In this document: positions 26,601 to 40,095 of the stretch, in pieces
Position numbering within the stretch: the first letter of the stretch is position 1
Layout: every line of letters starts with the position of its first letter
Assembly (NCBI GenBank): GCA_051362555.1
Contig: CM120643.1
Span: forward strand, 2,790,001 to 2,854,000
Reading direction: 5' to 3'
DNA from: Lingula anatina
Lineage: Eukaryota; Animalia; Brachiopoda
Length of the DNA: 64,000 bases
Program-made: the position numbers and the translations under genes
Notes under the pieces: generated by a model
The model's input: the letters and a program-made list of their open reading frames with translations, nothing else
Told to the model about the DNA's origin: nothing
Database searches by the model: none

Positions 26601-27707
26601 TATCAATCAAATATATCATGAACATTAGGCGCCTTCTAGTTTGATTACATTTATGAAAAGCGTCTAGATAACAACTTCAGGGAGGAAAAGTGAAACGGAA
26701 TAACAAGTCATTTTGTAAGGATATGATTTGTTTCAGTAGGAAGTGAATAGCTTTTTTCTCCATAATTGCATTTTGTACATAAGACTATATCAGCTTGCTA
26801 GTACTCGCGCCGCCATTTGTGAATACTCCAGAGCTTACTATTTCAGACTTTTTTCTGTCCACATAAGGACAAAGACATATGATCTGACGTCTATATAACT
26901 GCATCTAAGGGAAATTATCGGGTTTTTGTGTCTACTACAGTCTACCATTGAGTAAAGACAGCGTGGCTCTCTAACCAGCTCCTAGATAAAATTGTTCGCC
27001 ATTGAGGTATGGGCGGGGGAATACAGCGATATGATTTTATGAGTACTTTTCTGACATTTTTGTGACATTTTATTTTTCTCTCTTAATTAACCCCATGCTC
27101 CACGTCTCCAGCTCTGTACCGTTTCAACTTCAGCCTCTCTTAAAAAAAAAAAAAAACGCGCCTGTGGGTTTAATTATAAATACTTCAATATTTTTTATTA
27201 AACACAGTTGCAGAATTACCAGGTGTTATGACTGAAAAGAAAGTCATGACATATTAGGGTATTAATTTGTTGAAAGATTTAACTCTTCACCTTGGTGTGA
27301 AGTCATAAGGTACTAATATCGGACCGTGGGACATTCTACTTCAAACGGGCACTACACCATACTATCAGGTCCTTGATAATTATTCACGTTCGATATTTCT
27401 GAAAACAGATTTCTGACTCATAGATGTGACTAATACGATTTGTTTCCTAGAAAATAGGCAGATATAATGAAATAACCGTTCACATAAGCAGCATAGATGG
27501 GCGTCAATGACCTGGTTGGGTCAGGCTAGTAAGACCATAGCGGTATCCACGCGAATCCAGTCTTGGGTCGGCTTTATCTGGCAAACGTACACGTGCACGT
27601 AGAATGTCAGGCGTAGGCAAATGGCAACTGGCAAAAGAGAAATGACCGATGGACGATGAAATACAGTAGTATGTGAAACACACAAAACAGACATAAGCAC
27701 ATACAGG

Positions 27708-27762
<55 letters not shown>

Positions 27763-29060
27763 CCCCTCCCTTTGAAATAACCATCTACAGGCCCGATGCG
27801 CCCTATTCCCCATACATACATCATTGTTTAGAGCACATGCATGTACATGTATTTGCGATACATGCGCGTCTCAAATTATTATTAACACCAGCTTGTACAG
27901 GTCAATCAAACACAAGTTATGACAGCGATCGGTCAGCGCCATATCCTCGACTTGATATCCCTAAACCTAAATAGTCCAGTGTAAAATTGTAAAACATTAT
28001 ATCCCAGGATGTTAGTTAGGGACGAGAGGGTGCAAAAATCTCTAGATATTCATCGTGTCACCTCTCTCACGATTGTAGTGGTAGGAAAAAACTATTGCTT
28101 TGTAATAACTGTTTTTATGTCCATAAAATGTATTGGAACTGGCACCGCATTAATATACTAAGGAATCCGAACAGGACTCACTCGATAATCAACGTGCGTC
28201 TAAACCACAGAAAGAAATATCTTAGGATATTCAATGAATTCGCGTGAGAGAGCAGATTACGAGATGTGTCGGGACAAATTAAATTGAAAAGGTTGAACTA
28301 AGCTTTCTATTACCATTGACGTCGTTGAGACTGCCACAGCTAACGGACACGTACAAGTTGCTGCCATTGACGGCGTAACGGCGTCTGTGTTGTTTCGCCT
28401 TGGACTTATGATCCAAATACAAAAAAGCAAAATAAACGGTATGATTTAAATGATTTTAATCAACATCAATATTGTGCATTAATAACGATACTGATTGGAT
28501 TGATTGATATATAAATACATAAAAAAGTTGTAGTGTTACAGTACACGTTTGGCCGGTAAATCTATGGACCGGTTTACCGTCTTCAGCCAAAAATTGTCAT
28601 TTCCGTATCTTATGCTAAACCACCTGTGTATTTGAAACTGAGTTTTGATAATACACATAATTAACGCGACCTTCACGAAAAACGGGTCCTAATAAGATGA
28701 ACGAAACTTCCAAGGTCATATGATTTTTGTTATGGAGCAGGCTGGTTCGAATCCTACATGTGCTGATATGGGGAACAGCTTTCCTTTCTATGTCCGCTGC
28801 ATTTTAGTGTTGATATAATCTTAAGTTTTTTCATTTTCCTTTAAATTTTAAGGCTTTGCGAGATAAATATTTTACTCCTGACCAAAACCAAAAAAACAAA
28901 TGTTTTACCACCAAAGTTGCAAAAAATAATGCTTCCCTCACTTTGTGTATATTTCCAGACCTAATGTCAAACATTCGTCATTTACGCCCGAATAGTCTGT
29001 TGTAAAATATTTATATCTCGTGATAACGAATATTCAGTTAATCGTGGTATCACAGGCCCG

Positions 29061-29096
<36 letters not shown>

Positions 29097-32000
29097 TTAC
29101 TCAGTTAAAGGCGACCTAAATTACATGATCTAAGCCATCTGTTTATTTCTTTCAGAGGAAGTTGCAGAGAAGTCCGTGTCCGTTCTACTGGACGGTGTGG
29201 AGTCCGAAATGTACTTTCTTGACCCTCCTCATGACCAGGTAACTAAAACTAGCTTTGATATTTCCAGTTATTAAATGATAGTGACTCACCAGGGGCATAT
29301 AAAGGCCGTCTTCTTGGTCTTCTGGAAGACGGTCAGATTTTTTTGGTTTACATTGACGGGCATCAATTTTTTTGTCGGAAGACGGTCAAAAATGAAGGCT
29401 GGATCAACAAAGATAATTTGGAAGACTGTTAGAAAATATCTCTGAATCCGCCCCAGCTCACTGATGACTACATGTATATACAGTGTAGCTACTGGTACAC
29501 AAAGCTGACCCTCGACCAGGGTCACAGATTGATTTTTCACTAGATGTTTACAGATAATGTTTTTAGCTAAATATGGTCAATCTTCTAACTGTGGAAAATG
29601 TGCCTATAATATCTACCACCCTGGAAGAGGGCACACGAAGCTATATCCAAATATCTATATCATTTCAAAGACTCGACTGACTATCGTCAATCTACACTAA
29701 CTTAAACTCTGGTGGTAATTGAGCCTAATATCACTTGTTGTTAAATGTATGTAGGATAAAAAACATTGTAATTCACCAGCGAATCCAAAATTCCCTTTTT
29801 GAAAGGGTTGGGGCGCTGGTTTTGTTAGTACTCGCGTACTCGCTAGCCTGAGTGTCAGGGCACTGTAAAGCTAGCTTGCTTGCTATACATTTTCATGTGT
29901 TGGATTTACAGTGTGTTGCTGATATGGGTTATATATGAAATCAAGATCGAGCTGGCAAAACCGAAATCTAGAGCCTAGGGTAATACTAGCATACTCAGGG
30001 TGAAAAAATCTTGTTAGAGAGGATTTCTTAGATATGGAGGTAGGGCGTGATTTACCATTACTGTGAAACGCCAGCTGCAGTATCTCTGGTGTAGTTGGTC
30101 ATTTACTATTGAGGCGCACGAAAAAGGAAGCGATTTACCACTAGTCCTCGGAAACTCAGGGTGAAGGATTTTCTATCGAATTTGATCATTTAACCACATT
30201 CGTTTTTGTTCGATAGGGCACGAAGTTGATAAGTTTTAACTCCAATCAGAAAGTCCCTTGCGGTAAACTAAGAAATTGATATGTTGGCGAAACATCAGAA
30301 GAAGGAATTAAGAATTACCACTGGGAATCGCTTCTACTGTTTCAAATAGATCGACCTAAATGGCATAAAATGACTAGTTCAGTTTCAATTACGGCATTGG
30401 AGGGCGAAGAGTATCTCTCTTAAACGCAATAACCTAATCCTAAATGACGAAGGCTGTCTGGGGTGATTTTAATTATTTCTTACCGGGTAGAAATTAGTTA
30501 TTTATAATCTGCACCAGTTTTCTTTTGATTGGTAGATCGTTAAGGCTTCTTATAATGAAGAATTATTTAATTTGAATCCAAGAATGTTTGGATTTCATGA
30601 AGTATATGAGTAAACACATATCAATCTAAATCATACCCATTGGGTACCAAATAAAAACAGATGTCGACTCAACATTAAAGAAAAAATCAATCAAGTCAAG
30701 GGGCTTTAATCCACCCGCTTATACAGATTCAGTTAAGATATTCAGATCAATTTTATTTGCAATTCAGTCAGGATTGTATAATCAGTCTGCCTGCTGGGGT
30801 GGCCCTAGAAACACGTCCCAGTCGTGGTGCATTCTTGTATTGTTGGCCGTTATTCGAGTTTCGAGCACGCGCGCTTCATTTCATGGTAGATTTAAATAAA
30901 TTGAATTTTTACATCACTATTTAGAAACAATAAAAAGTACCCTAATTCCAGACAAGCACAGCAATTTAACCAGGTGTAGGTTTTGCTAGCACTAGACATC
31001 CCCAAAAAACATATCAAAATTCAACAGTAATTATAAATGGATAGATTGAAGTATGGCAATATATCATTTCAGAACATTCTTCTCAATTACTTATCACTTG
31101 GAGCAGTGACCTTAATGGTAATCTGTCCAGCACAGGCCTTGAGCCACGAGCTGACCTCTGCAGCCTCATCTCCCCATCCTGTAGGTTGGCCCAGAGGAAT
31201 CCTTAAGAATTACTTTGTTATTTCTACCACTCCAAATGGCAAAAGGAAATATCTGCTATTAAGGCATCTGTTGGTTCTTTTGCCCAACAGGGAGGCGCAT
31301 CACTGAAATAAATGTGTTGTTCTAAAATAAAATCGATCGTGATATTTGGAAGAATGGATTAAAATATAATCTTATCATAATTAACTTATTTTCCAAATAT
31401 AATATGTACAAACAAATGCTCTATAAATACCCACGACACAGAAGGAATGAATTGCATCCGTTCTAGAAAAAACACCTGTAATTCGAAATGGTTTGTTTAC
31501 TCGTTACACAAACGTGAAAAAAATCTTGTTCAAACTCAAATTAAATGGATTTTCACGCCATGAAGTCTTTCATTCTGTGCAGAATAATTAACTCTACCGA
31601 GGAGATGGTAATTTGAGGAAATAACGAGTTCAAAGAGTTTCAAAAGGTTGCAGAAATAGTGGCAGACCGACTGTTCAACTACATTTGGGCCTCTGCTTCA
31701 CAAAAATGCATCCTTTTTTAATCTGGTTTAAAACTGCTACAATAAGATCGGCAGTTGTGAAAAGCTGACCTTGCATTATTGATGAAAGAGCTTTTTTAAA
31801 GAGTGGTTAATAATTAAAAACTTGTTATTGACATACCGTTTGGCTGTTGTTACCACGGGGATCAAAAATCACTGCCAAAACAATTTGCGCAGTTAAAAGG
31901 CATAAGGAACAAAGATAACAGCTATGATCTGTGAAACAACTTACTCGGCTAAAAAATCTTAGCCGTCTATGGTATGATCAAAAATCGACTTATATCGAAA

Positions 32001-33953
32001 GATGTCCTAATTTGCAGTTATTTCTGCTCATTTCAGGACTACACCTACCACGAAGACGCCGATGCCTTCGTTATCGTGTACTCGGTTGTGGACCGGCAGA
32101 GCTTTGACTTTGCAGTGGAATTACTGACCAAAATGAGAAAACAGGAAGGCATTGACAACGCCATAATATTGGTTGGAAACAAGACAGATATCGTCCGTAC
32201 TAGGCTGGTTACAACTGAAGGTATGTTCCACCTTACGTTGGTCGTTCTTGTCCACTTATCATACGTTTATTAGTATCTGTAAATATAAAAGGCAACAAAT
32301 ACTTAGTAGGTACAAAGATATTCACCTCTTTGGTAGGCATAAAACACATTTTCTGTTGATGACGAGTAACACTAACGTATGCGCGTAACACTAACGTATG
32401 AGAAAAAATGGCAGACTTAAGCCTTAAATACATCTCCAGTACGCAGGCAAACGTTGATGAACCCGGGGGAGATAAAATGTTTTGAGCCTGTTTAAAAATA
32501 AGTTGCTTGAATCGAAGTTTAATATTATGCTAAAAATTATATACAAGATATAAAGGGACAAACTAGTTACAATATCGAAGAGAAAAGGATGGCTGCCCAA
32601 AATGACCAAAAGTCCATTAGGTGGGTTACTTCCGGTTTCGTCATCAAAGCCTGGATGGTGTTCATAGTACCATGGCATCATTGCCCAGCCTCGTCTAGTT
32701 TTATTAAAGCTAACTGTGCCAAAATACGCCCAGCACTTAGCCACCCAACCGCAGAAACTACACCCAATTCTTTTTCTAAATTTGGAAGACAAATCGATCG
32801 CTTGATGACAATAATAACTACTACCTTCATTAAAGCCAAATTTGTTCAGTCTGTCTGAGCACTGCATTCAAACAGCCAGACAAATCTACTGGTAAATAAA
32901 CTACAGACAAGTAGATATACTAAACAATTAAGGCTCTTGTTTATCTCAGACTTAGAGATTAATTTCCGCCATTCGATGATCTACCAGTATTGTTCCTGTC
33001 ACACTCCAGCCATCCATTCATGTAGTTATCTTACCACTTAATCGATTTGAGTACATTTTGCTGGAGAAAAACTCTGCTTCCTTCCTGTGATTTAATTCTG
33101 CTTGACTGCCTTTTATCACAATGGAACATATTTAAAAAAACACACACAGTGCTGTTTCCATCCACTCTGTTATTTTTGCAAGCCAAAGGACCATTTAAGT
33201 ACGACTAAGGGCCCATTCAGTATGGGGGACTTACTAGTCTGAGCGTCAAATATGGCGACCCACTACAAAGCTTGCCGTCTAATCCACTAATAGACACTGA
33301 ATAGATATCCCGTGGGGAAGTATTCAAGTGGGTCGGCCATATTTGACTCTCGAACTAGTTAGACCCCTGTTCTGAATGAGGCCTTAATCTAATCAAGATC
33401 ACCACTGGCTCTACAGGCACTACAGTCAACAACCCCCTTATCCTAGAAGCCAGCGAACCTTGTCTCGCAAGGGCGATCTACCCAAGGTCTGGGAGAACAG
33501 ATGTGATTTCTCGGCACAACCCAAATATTCAAACACTACATTCCTTTCTGGAAGAAACTCATAAATCTCATTAAAGAAACCCATTGTGACTTGTTTTATC
33601 ATATCAGGGAGTGCATTTCTTTCTTTGTCATTTTTATCATTAAATCTGTAAAGCTAATCAATAGTTATCCCGATGATGACTGGCGAAGTAAGTCCAAATA
33701 CGACAAATTAAACAAAAAAGGATGTGTGTGTGATACCAAATAAATCTTCATATCGTTGCTTTGCGTGCATAAACGCATTGATAATGTTATCTGGGCAAAG
33801 TTGTTCTTAAAGCATCGAGAAATCATCTGTTTAAGATTGAACAAATGTTTTATCATGATTGATGTTTTTTTTACATGTATATTTGCAAGTGAAAAAAGGC
33901 AAGTGGGGAAGTTAGATAGATGATGAAATTTAAATATGAGATTGTCGTCTTAA

Positions 33954-34009
<56 letters not shown>

Positions 34010-37000
34010 AAGTTTTGTATATGTGCGTCATTGTCTTATTCAAACCTCCTTTTTATTAAAAAGGATAAATTTGCTTCCGTGAACTAGGTAGCTAACGAGA
34101 TTTTTTAAAGAATGCATTCACTGCTTTTTTTCACTCCTTTAAATCACGTCAACATTTGGCGGTATTAAGTGTCAAGACTTCCAGACGCTGTAATACGAAG
34201 TAATGAGACTTGGAAACACGACACTACAGACGGAAGATATAGTTGCGTCATCGGTTACTGATGACGTATTCGACTACTTAATGATTGGAATTAGAAAGGC
34301 TATAATAAAGACCAGAAAAAGCTAATCTTCGCAGTTAAAGATGGCGTTACTCTTTATCATGCAAAGCGGTTAGCTTATAGGCACTATATTCAAGCTTCTT
34401 GTCCAACGCTACCTGACCCTTAACCTTGCAGTTTAGCTAGTTTTTCCCAATTAACAGTACCAGTATTCTTATCAATTTTTTTCATAGGCCTACTGTAAAG
34501 ACACTCCATGTCAGATTCTCATCTATCGTTGAAAATATGATAAACTAACATGATATTGGACGCCTTGGATTTCAAATCATTTTGCATAACAAGGTTTGAA
34601 AGATACCGTAACCCTTACAGTGTATGCAACTTTAGAAGGATGTTCGAAACTTGAATTGCGAAAGCAATTTTTACTTAAGGGCAACCCTGACGTAAGTAAA
34701 CATAAAATCTTTCAAAATGTTTTGTTTGTGGACATATTTCTGCTCAATAACAATGTGTTTATCCACACGTAAGTGCATGCGGTGAGGGAAGATTACCCCT
34801 TTATCTTGTACACACACACAATGTGAGACGATACCTTGCAATTATGTGTGTAAAATGACTCCGCTTCTGATTCAGTGCCAACTGAGGGAAATGTCACAAA
34901 AAAGAGAGAGAAATAGCGGTGTTTTTGTTAGTATTGTTACAAGTACAACAATACGCATTGAGATAATGACGGAAACGAGATATTATGTTTCTGATAAACA
35001 ATAACATTATACAACTCCATAAAACATTACAAACACGCCATTTCTTGGCAACATACGTGTGTTATTGGTAACAATTGTCGGCAAGAAAAAATGCTGTGGT
35101 TAGACATAGACCATCCATTTTGAATGCATAAGCTGTGTTACATTTTCTGTTTTCGTATAATCACCAGTTTTTCTGTAACCTACTCAACGTCAGGGGGAAG
35201 GTGCTAATCAGTTAAACTGATTGCATTCAGCGGGAATCCCTGCAAAGTTGGATCGAACTACGTAGATCGATGTTTACAGTGGGAATGAGCCCTAAAACGC
35301 AACAAGCATATTTTGGCGAAAAACACCAGTGGGTACACATGAAACCTCCTCAATAGCAGTTAGCTGTATTTTATCACACGACAAAACATTAAAAAATGTA
35401 ATTTAAGCCATATTGCAATCTTAGGCCGCATTCCGAACAGCGGATTAACTAGTCCACGGGTCAAATATGGCCGACCCACTTGAATACTTCCCCACGGGGA
35501 ATCTGTTCAGTGTTTATTAGCGGAGAAGACGGCAAGCTTTTAAGTTGGTCGCCATATTTGGCTCGTGGACTAATAAGTCCGCTGTTCTGAATGGAGCCTT
35601 ACATTCCTGATCCGTTATATGATTTTTACACGATGATTTGATTGGCGCCGTATATAATCAAAGAGGAGGAGCTCTCCTAAAACTGGGGTAGATTGCCTTG
35701 CGTTCATACATTTCAAATGGAAACACAAAAACAAAAAGTCGTGTTGTCACGAAATATTTGCATCTACTTAATCAGATCTAGCGTGTATTCCGACAAAGCC
35801 CTGTTAACCACTATAATCGTTGATGGATTCGCTCTGTGGTGACCTGCCGTGCTCAGCTTGAAGACATGTCGACAAATCCAGCGAGGTTTCAGTTGAAATA
35901 CTGCGGCAACACGTTAGTCTCTTTGAATGCTACTTGTTATAATTAACACTGAGGTACTTATGAGGACACTCCATCATTAGGTGCTATTTTTGCCTGACAT
36001 TTTACTGAGCTATGACGTCAGAAAATAAATCACTTTTAGAAAAGGACTTAAGAAAAATCGAAACACAATGGAGAACAAGGTGCCTCAAAAACAATATTTT
36101 CTCGCCCAGTTTTTCATCGAACATTCAGTTACTATCAAAAGCGATTGATAAACCACAAAATTAATTTCATTTCCTTTTTTTCAATAGCCCAATCATCCTC
36201 CGCAATTCTCTAACCCTTTCAAAAACCCCATTTACGTGCACTGTGTTAATCAATTTGTCAGTTCCAAATCTTGGCTCTGGTAAATGCTAGTTGCCCACCG
36301 GCTTTTTGTTTATGGGAAATTACCCAGCACGTTAACGGCTGAACGTTCTTGACTGCGCCTGATTTGCGTGTGTCTGTCTCATTCCTGTCTACCAAATAGA
36401 CAGTGTTCGTTTTTCCTGGCCATTTGGTTCTTTTCTGACTATTATTTCAAGTCTGCTTAAAGTGACATGCTTCATACGTTGTGATTTTTATTGAGAAATA
36501 TAAATACATTCAGACCGTTTGTTTATTTAACTAACATTATTTGTTACACAGTAAATACTGAACTGGTTTAGGTGTAAATGACGTCACAAGAAAGCCGCAT
36601 CACTTTTCATTTTGTCAGTTTACCTTTATAACCAATAATATCCGTTAGCATCTGCGCCAACAGCAAATTAAAAGAAGTACATTAAACCATCTTTTCGGGT
36701 CAAAGGTTGTTTGAGCACACCATAATCTGGTTTAGCTGTCAGTTGGTTTTTTTTTTCAACTTTCTAGATACGTCATAACCACTTTTTTAAAATTTAAAAA
36801 TAAAATCACTACTGTGATTTTTACATCGGTTTTGCCTTCACCTTGTTTTGAAAATATTCCACATTAGTTCAGGTGCAATTCTTGATATCTACAGGTAGTC
36901 CTACGGAACCATTAAACATATTTACCTTGGTTGCTTTTGAACAACATTGAGAAACTAAAAAAGACGACAGCCAATTACCCTTGCATATTAAGAGCATTCA

Positions 37001-37561
37001 TGTAAAGTAAAAGAAGTACAAGTCTTTGAGACATTAAAAATCAAATTACTACTGTGATTTTACTTCGGTTTTGTCTTCACTTTGTTTTGAAAATCTTCCA
37101 CATTAGTTTAGACCCAATTCTCGGTACCAGCACATAGGCTAGTATCTGTGTTCCCATGGGGTCCGAGAACAAATTTACCTCGGTTGCTCCTGAACAACTT
37201 TGGGAAACTAAACAAGACGACAGCCAATTGACACTTGCATATCAAGAGCATTCATGTAAACCTTTTTATTAATTTTCACTTTTCTCTTTTCTTGTCAGAG
37301 GGCCGAGACGTCGCTGAAAGGTTCGACTGCAAGTGCATCGAGACATCAGCGGTGTTGAACCACCAGATCGACGAGCTCTTGGTTGGAACGCTGAGTCAGA
37401 TCAGGCTAAAGGAAAAACAGAACGAGAAAAAAAGAAAGCAAAAATTCAGCATTGACGCCGTCGCATGCCTCCAGAGACACTCCCCAAAGAAACTCATTTC
37501 ACGCTTCTGGAAGAAAAATCCAGTTATTTCTAAATCGTGTGACAATCTATACGTTTTGTAG
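14667..37561 (+). CDS. RGK-family (Rad/Gem/Rem-like) small GTP-binding protein, 455 aa; exons 14667-15504, 29156-29238, 32037-32220, 37299-37561
   Basis: GT-AG joins in frame (1368 nt). Long Ser-rich N-terminus with RTWSMP; G1 GAGDVGRTS; EKSVSVLLDG; DAFVIVYSV; G4 NKTD; G5 ETSA; polybasic tail ending in the RGK-type KSCDNLYVL. Confidence 0.93.
17435..17607 (+). mobile_element. Family C element in RGK intron 1
   Basis: CAGGGGCAGATCC...AATCCGCCCC. Confidence 0.8.
18167..18546. mobile_element. TIR element with internal TTTGCAAA-type subrepeats (EnSpm/CMC-like, non-autonomous)
   Basis: Ends TACCCTTAGCAGAA...TTTTGCTAAAGGTA, with many TTGC/GCAAA motifs inside. Superfamily is tentative. Confidence 0.7.
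18738..18948 (+). mobile_element. Family G MITE (TTTACACTGGAC...GTCCAGTGTAAA)
   Basis: Has TIRs; an inverted sister copy lies at 26119. Confidence 0.8.
24982..25072. repeat. Inverted repeat with an about 41-bp stem, RGK intron 1
   Basis: TGCATTTTCAATTGTTTTCGGAAATGAACCGACGCTAATGG pairs with CCGTTAGCGTCTGTTCATTTCCGAAAACAATTGAAAATACA, about 3 differences. Confidence 0.85.
26119..26342 (-). mobile_element. Family G MITE, reverse orientation
   Basis: Interior is the reverse complement of the 18738 copy. Confidence 0.8.
27707..27762. repeat. Imperfect (GA)n microsatellite
   Basis: Read directly. A further (GA)n lies at 29064-29091. Confidence 0.95.
29290..29456 (-). mobile_element. Family C element, reverse orientation, exact 5-bp TSD CTCAC
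   Basis: CTCAC|CAGGGGC...CCGCCCCAG|CTCAC. Confidence 0.85.
33209..33384 (+). mobile_element. Family B MITE (Harbinger/Tourist-like)
   Basis: TAA flanks; TIR GGGCCCATTCAG...CTGAATGAGGCCT. Confidence 0.8.
33955..34007. repeat. Poly(A) run of about 53 nt
   Basis: Read directly. Confidence 0.95.
35424..35598 (-). mobile_element. Family B MITE, reverse orientation, TTA TSD
   Basis: TTA|GGCCGCATTCCGAACAGCGGA...TCCGCTGTTCTGAATGGAGCC|TTA. Confidence 0.85.
36793..37260 (+). repeat. Diverged tandem duplication of about 220 bp (36793-37006 / 37034-37260)
   Basis: Shared blocks CTACTGTGATTTT, TTCCACATTAGTT, AAGACGACAGCCAATT and AAGAGCATTCATGTAAA. Confidence 0.9.
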
Positions 37562-38009
37562 ACGAGACCAGTATTGTATTTTTCATCATAACAGGAAACT
37601 TTCACCGAGTCAGGTTTAAATAATATGCTGTAAACGGAAACCATTGCGTTGCATAAACTGGAAAATACGCACTTTCCATTGTGAAAAAAAAAAAACGTTT
37701 ACAGTATCGAATTTCCTTTAATCATTTATTGATCGGTGACGAAGCGTTGTATCTTTATGTTTTTAAGAAACGATTTCATTATTTGCACCAAGGACCGAAA
37801 TCATTGTTAAACGCCTTGTGATGTTAAAGGTTATTTCACCGAGTTAAGCAACATACATTAAGCTTTATAAGATATGTTAACAGTGAGATGATAGGTTTAA
37901 GGGAAACCATCATAGCGCGCTAAATTAACTTAACAAGGCAGAAAACAAGGGACGCATTGATGCCTGCATCTTCTGTCTGTACTTACTGATAAGTGTGTTG
38001 GTATTGACC

Positions 38010-38012
<3 letters not shown>

Positions 38013-38064
<52 letters not shown>
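38013..38064. repeat. (AG)n microsatellite in the likely RGK 3' UTR
   Basis: Read directly. Confidence 0.95.
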
Positions 38065-38065
<1 letters not shown>

Positions 38066-39849
38066 GTAAAACGGACCAAAGATTGCACATGCTATTTTCC
38101 AATCTTCACATATCGGACGCCAAATGCCACTTTACCGTCAATCTTACACCTGCCCTATACCTATCTTTTCGACTACTTCAAACGAAATCTACAGAACATT
38201 ATTCGATGTGGAAGCAAACAAAAAACCTTATGCTCTAGAGACAACGTTCATTGATGCAGTAATCAATTCAGTTGGCAGCGTAAGATCAGTCACTTGACAG
38301 CTACTAAATGTCACGGTATGCGGAGCTATTCTTCCCAACACGTTCAAACTACACTCGTAATGCTACGGTGCAATATTGTCAATACAAAACACAGGATATG
38401 TAAAGCAGACAAAGCACTGGATTGACAAAACGAAATAGTTGATAACACATGTACAGGTTTTCACGTTTTGACAGCCCAAACCATAGTTATTATTGACCTC
38501 ATAGATTGAAAATAATGTTTTTTTTTATTATTTATCTATTTATTTATTTATTTGTTTGTTTGTTTGTTTGTTTTATTCATTTATTTTTTGCAGAATTCTA
38601 TCGTCAAAAAATTGCAGTTTCAGTGTCAGGAAGAAAAATGTGTTATGAAGCTGTTTTGGGTGCACGTCACCGCCAATATAAACAACAGGTCACAGTATAA
38701 GAGTTGTATCTGTAAGGGAAATTTAAGTTAAGACGCAATATCTTTTCGTAATCAACCTGATTTTTTACGACTGAACTTGAATGAGAGGTCGCCGTATTTC
38801 CGTCGTCTGCACCAAGAGTTGTCCCACCCATATCTCTGTGTCGTCAGTCTAACTCAAGTTCGTCCAAATACACATGTACATACTGATATTTTTAAGTTAT
38901 ATTTGCACTTTTAACACGCTGAAAGGGAACACGATGATCAACAGGGAATATACTGAACGTGTATGTGGATTCAGTGTAATAATCTTACGTTGATTCACAA
39001 TGTTTATTGAAGACACTGTATAATATGAACACTGAATGTGATTGTTAATACAGTATTGACACATTAAAATGAACAAATACGTTTTTTATTCGTCAAAATA
39101 ATCAATATTGGAACGATGGATTTTGGTATTAAAAAGGATGTAAATATACAAACGAGCCTCTGTGTACTTATGTTGCTCGACGAGGGAAATGAAATGTAAA
39201 TAAAAAGATTGTTGAATAAAGAGATTAAAATAAACAAAGTACAAAGGACTGATAATTTAATTCTTTTACACATAAGGGAATACACTTTTTCATTTTTATC
39301 TGAAAACTACTAAAATGCCATACACGCAATAATGCAAGTAAGATATACGGGAGACGGTCGCCGTATTGTGTTAGATGTGACAGGTTTGCTATGTAGCAAT
39401 GGTGAAGGCACCGCCACGAGCGGCGCAGTGAGTTAGTTCCGTTTTCTGTTATGGAAGCTGGATTGCGAACGTCGAAAACCACAAACTAAGAAGATCCATT
39501 GTTGAAAGGACTGTATTGTAACTAGGGCCGGATTTAGAAATTACCATTTCCATCACCGTTACACATTTTAAAAAATCCTAATGATATATTCTTTTCATAT
39601 ATTCTTCTACTACGGTACTTTTTTTTTCGTTTCTAAGTTTCTCAGTACCATCCAAATATAATATTTTTAGTTTTTATTTAATCCTTTACCATTTTACATA
39701 TATTTTTATCTGGCGACTTGGTGACCCATTGCCCTTGGTGCCCTAGGTCTAATTACACAACATCGTAAAAAACGTGGTGGATTCGCCTGGGATAAGATAA
39801 CTATTGTTATATGGCTGAGGGACTTGATTAGCAGAGCGCAACCAAGACT

Positions 39850-40095
39850 GGGCTCCCATCCCTAGATCGATCTAATAGGATCGGTCCATCTCCACGGGGT
39901 TTCTCGCTAAATTGCTTTGAGCCCCGTCTTGGGCGGCTAAGATGCCTTGGACGCCCACTAAAGCTGCCATACGATAGTTAATTAACCCTATTAGACTCAA
40001 CAGGCGTGACAGACATCTAAGCCGCCCAAGTTTATCGCAATTAAGCGAGAATCCCCTTGGAGATAGTTCGATCCAAAGTAGGGACGAATGGTCTC
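39850..40095 (-). mobile_element. Family A MITE, reverse orientation
   Basis: Reverse complement of the 7702 copy. Confidence 0.8.

Noticed and set aside
28735-28770. GGTTCGAATCC B-box suggesting a tRNA or SINE
   Set aside because: No A-box or cloverleaf stems could be built; at most a decayed SINE trace.
32424-32867. 147-aa antisense ORF in RGK intron 3
   Set aside because: No motifs and no supporting exon structure; length is compatible with chance.
33660-34010. Long poly(A) as the tail of a retrocopy
   Set aside because: No recognisable upstream element, coding remnant or TSD.
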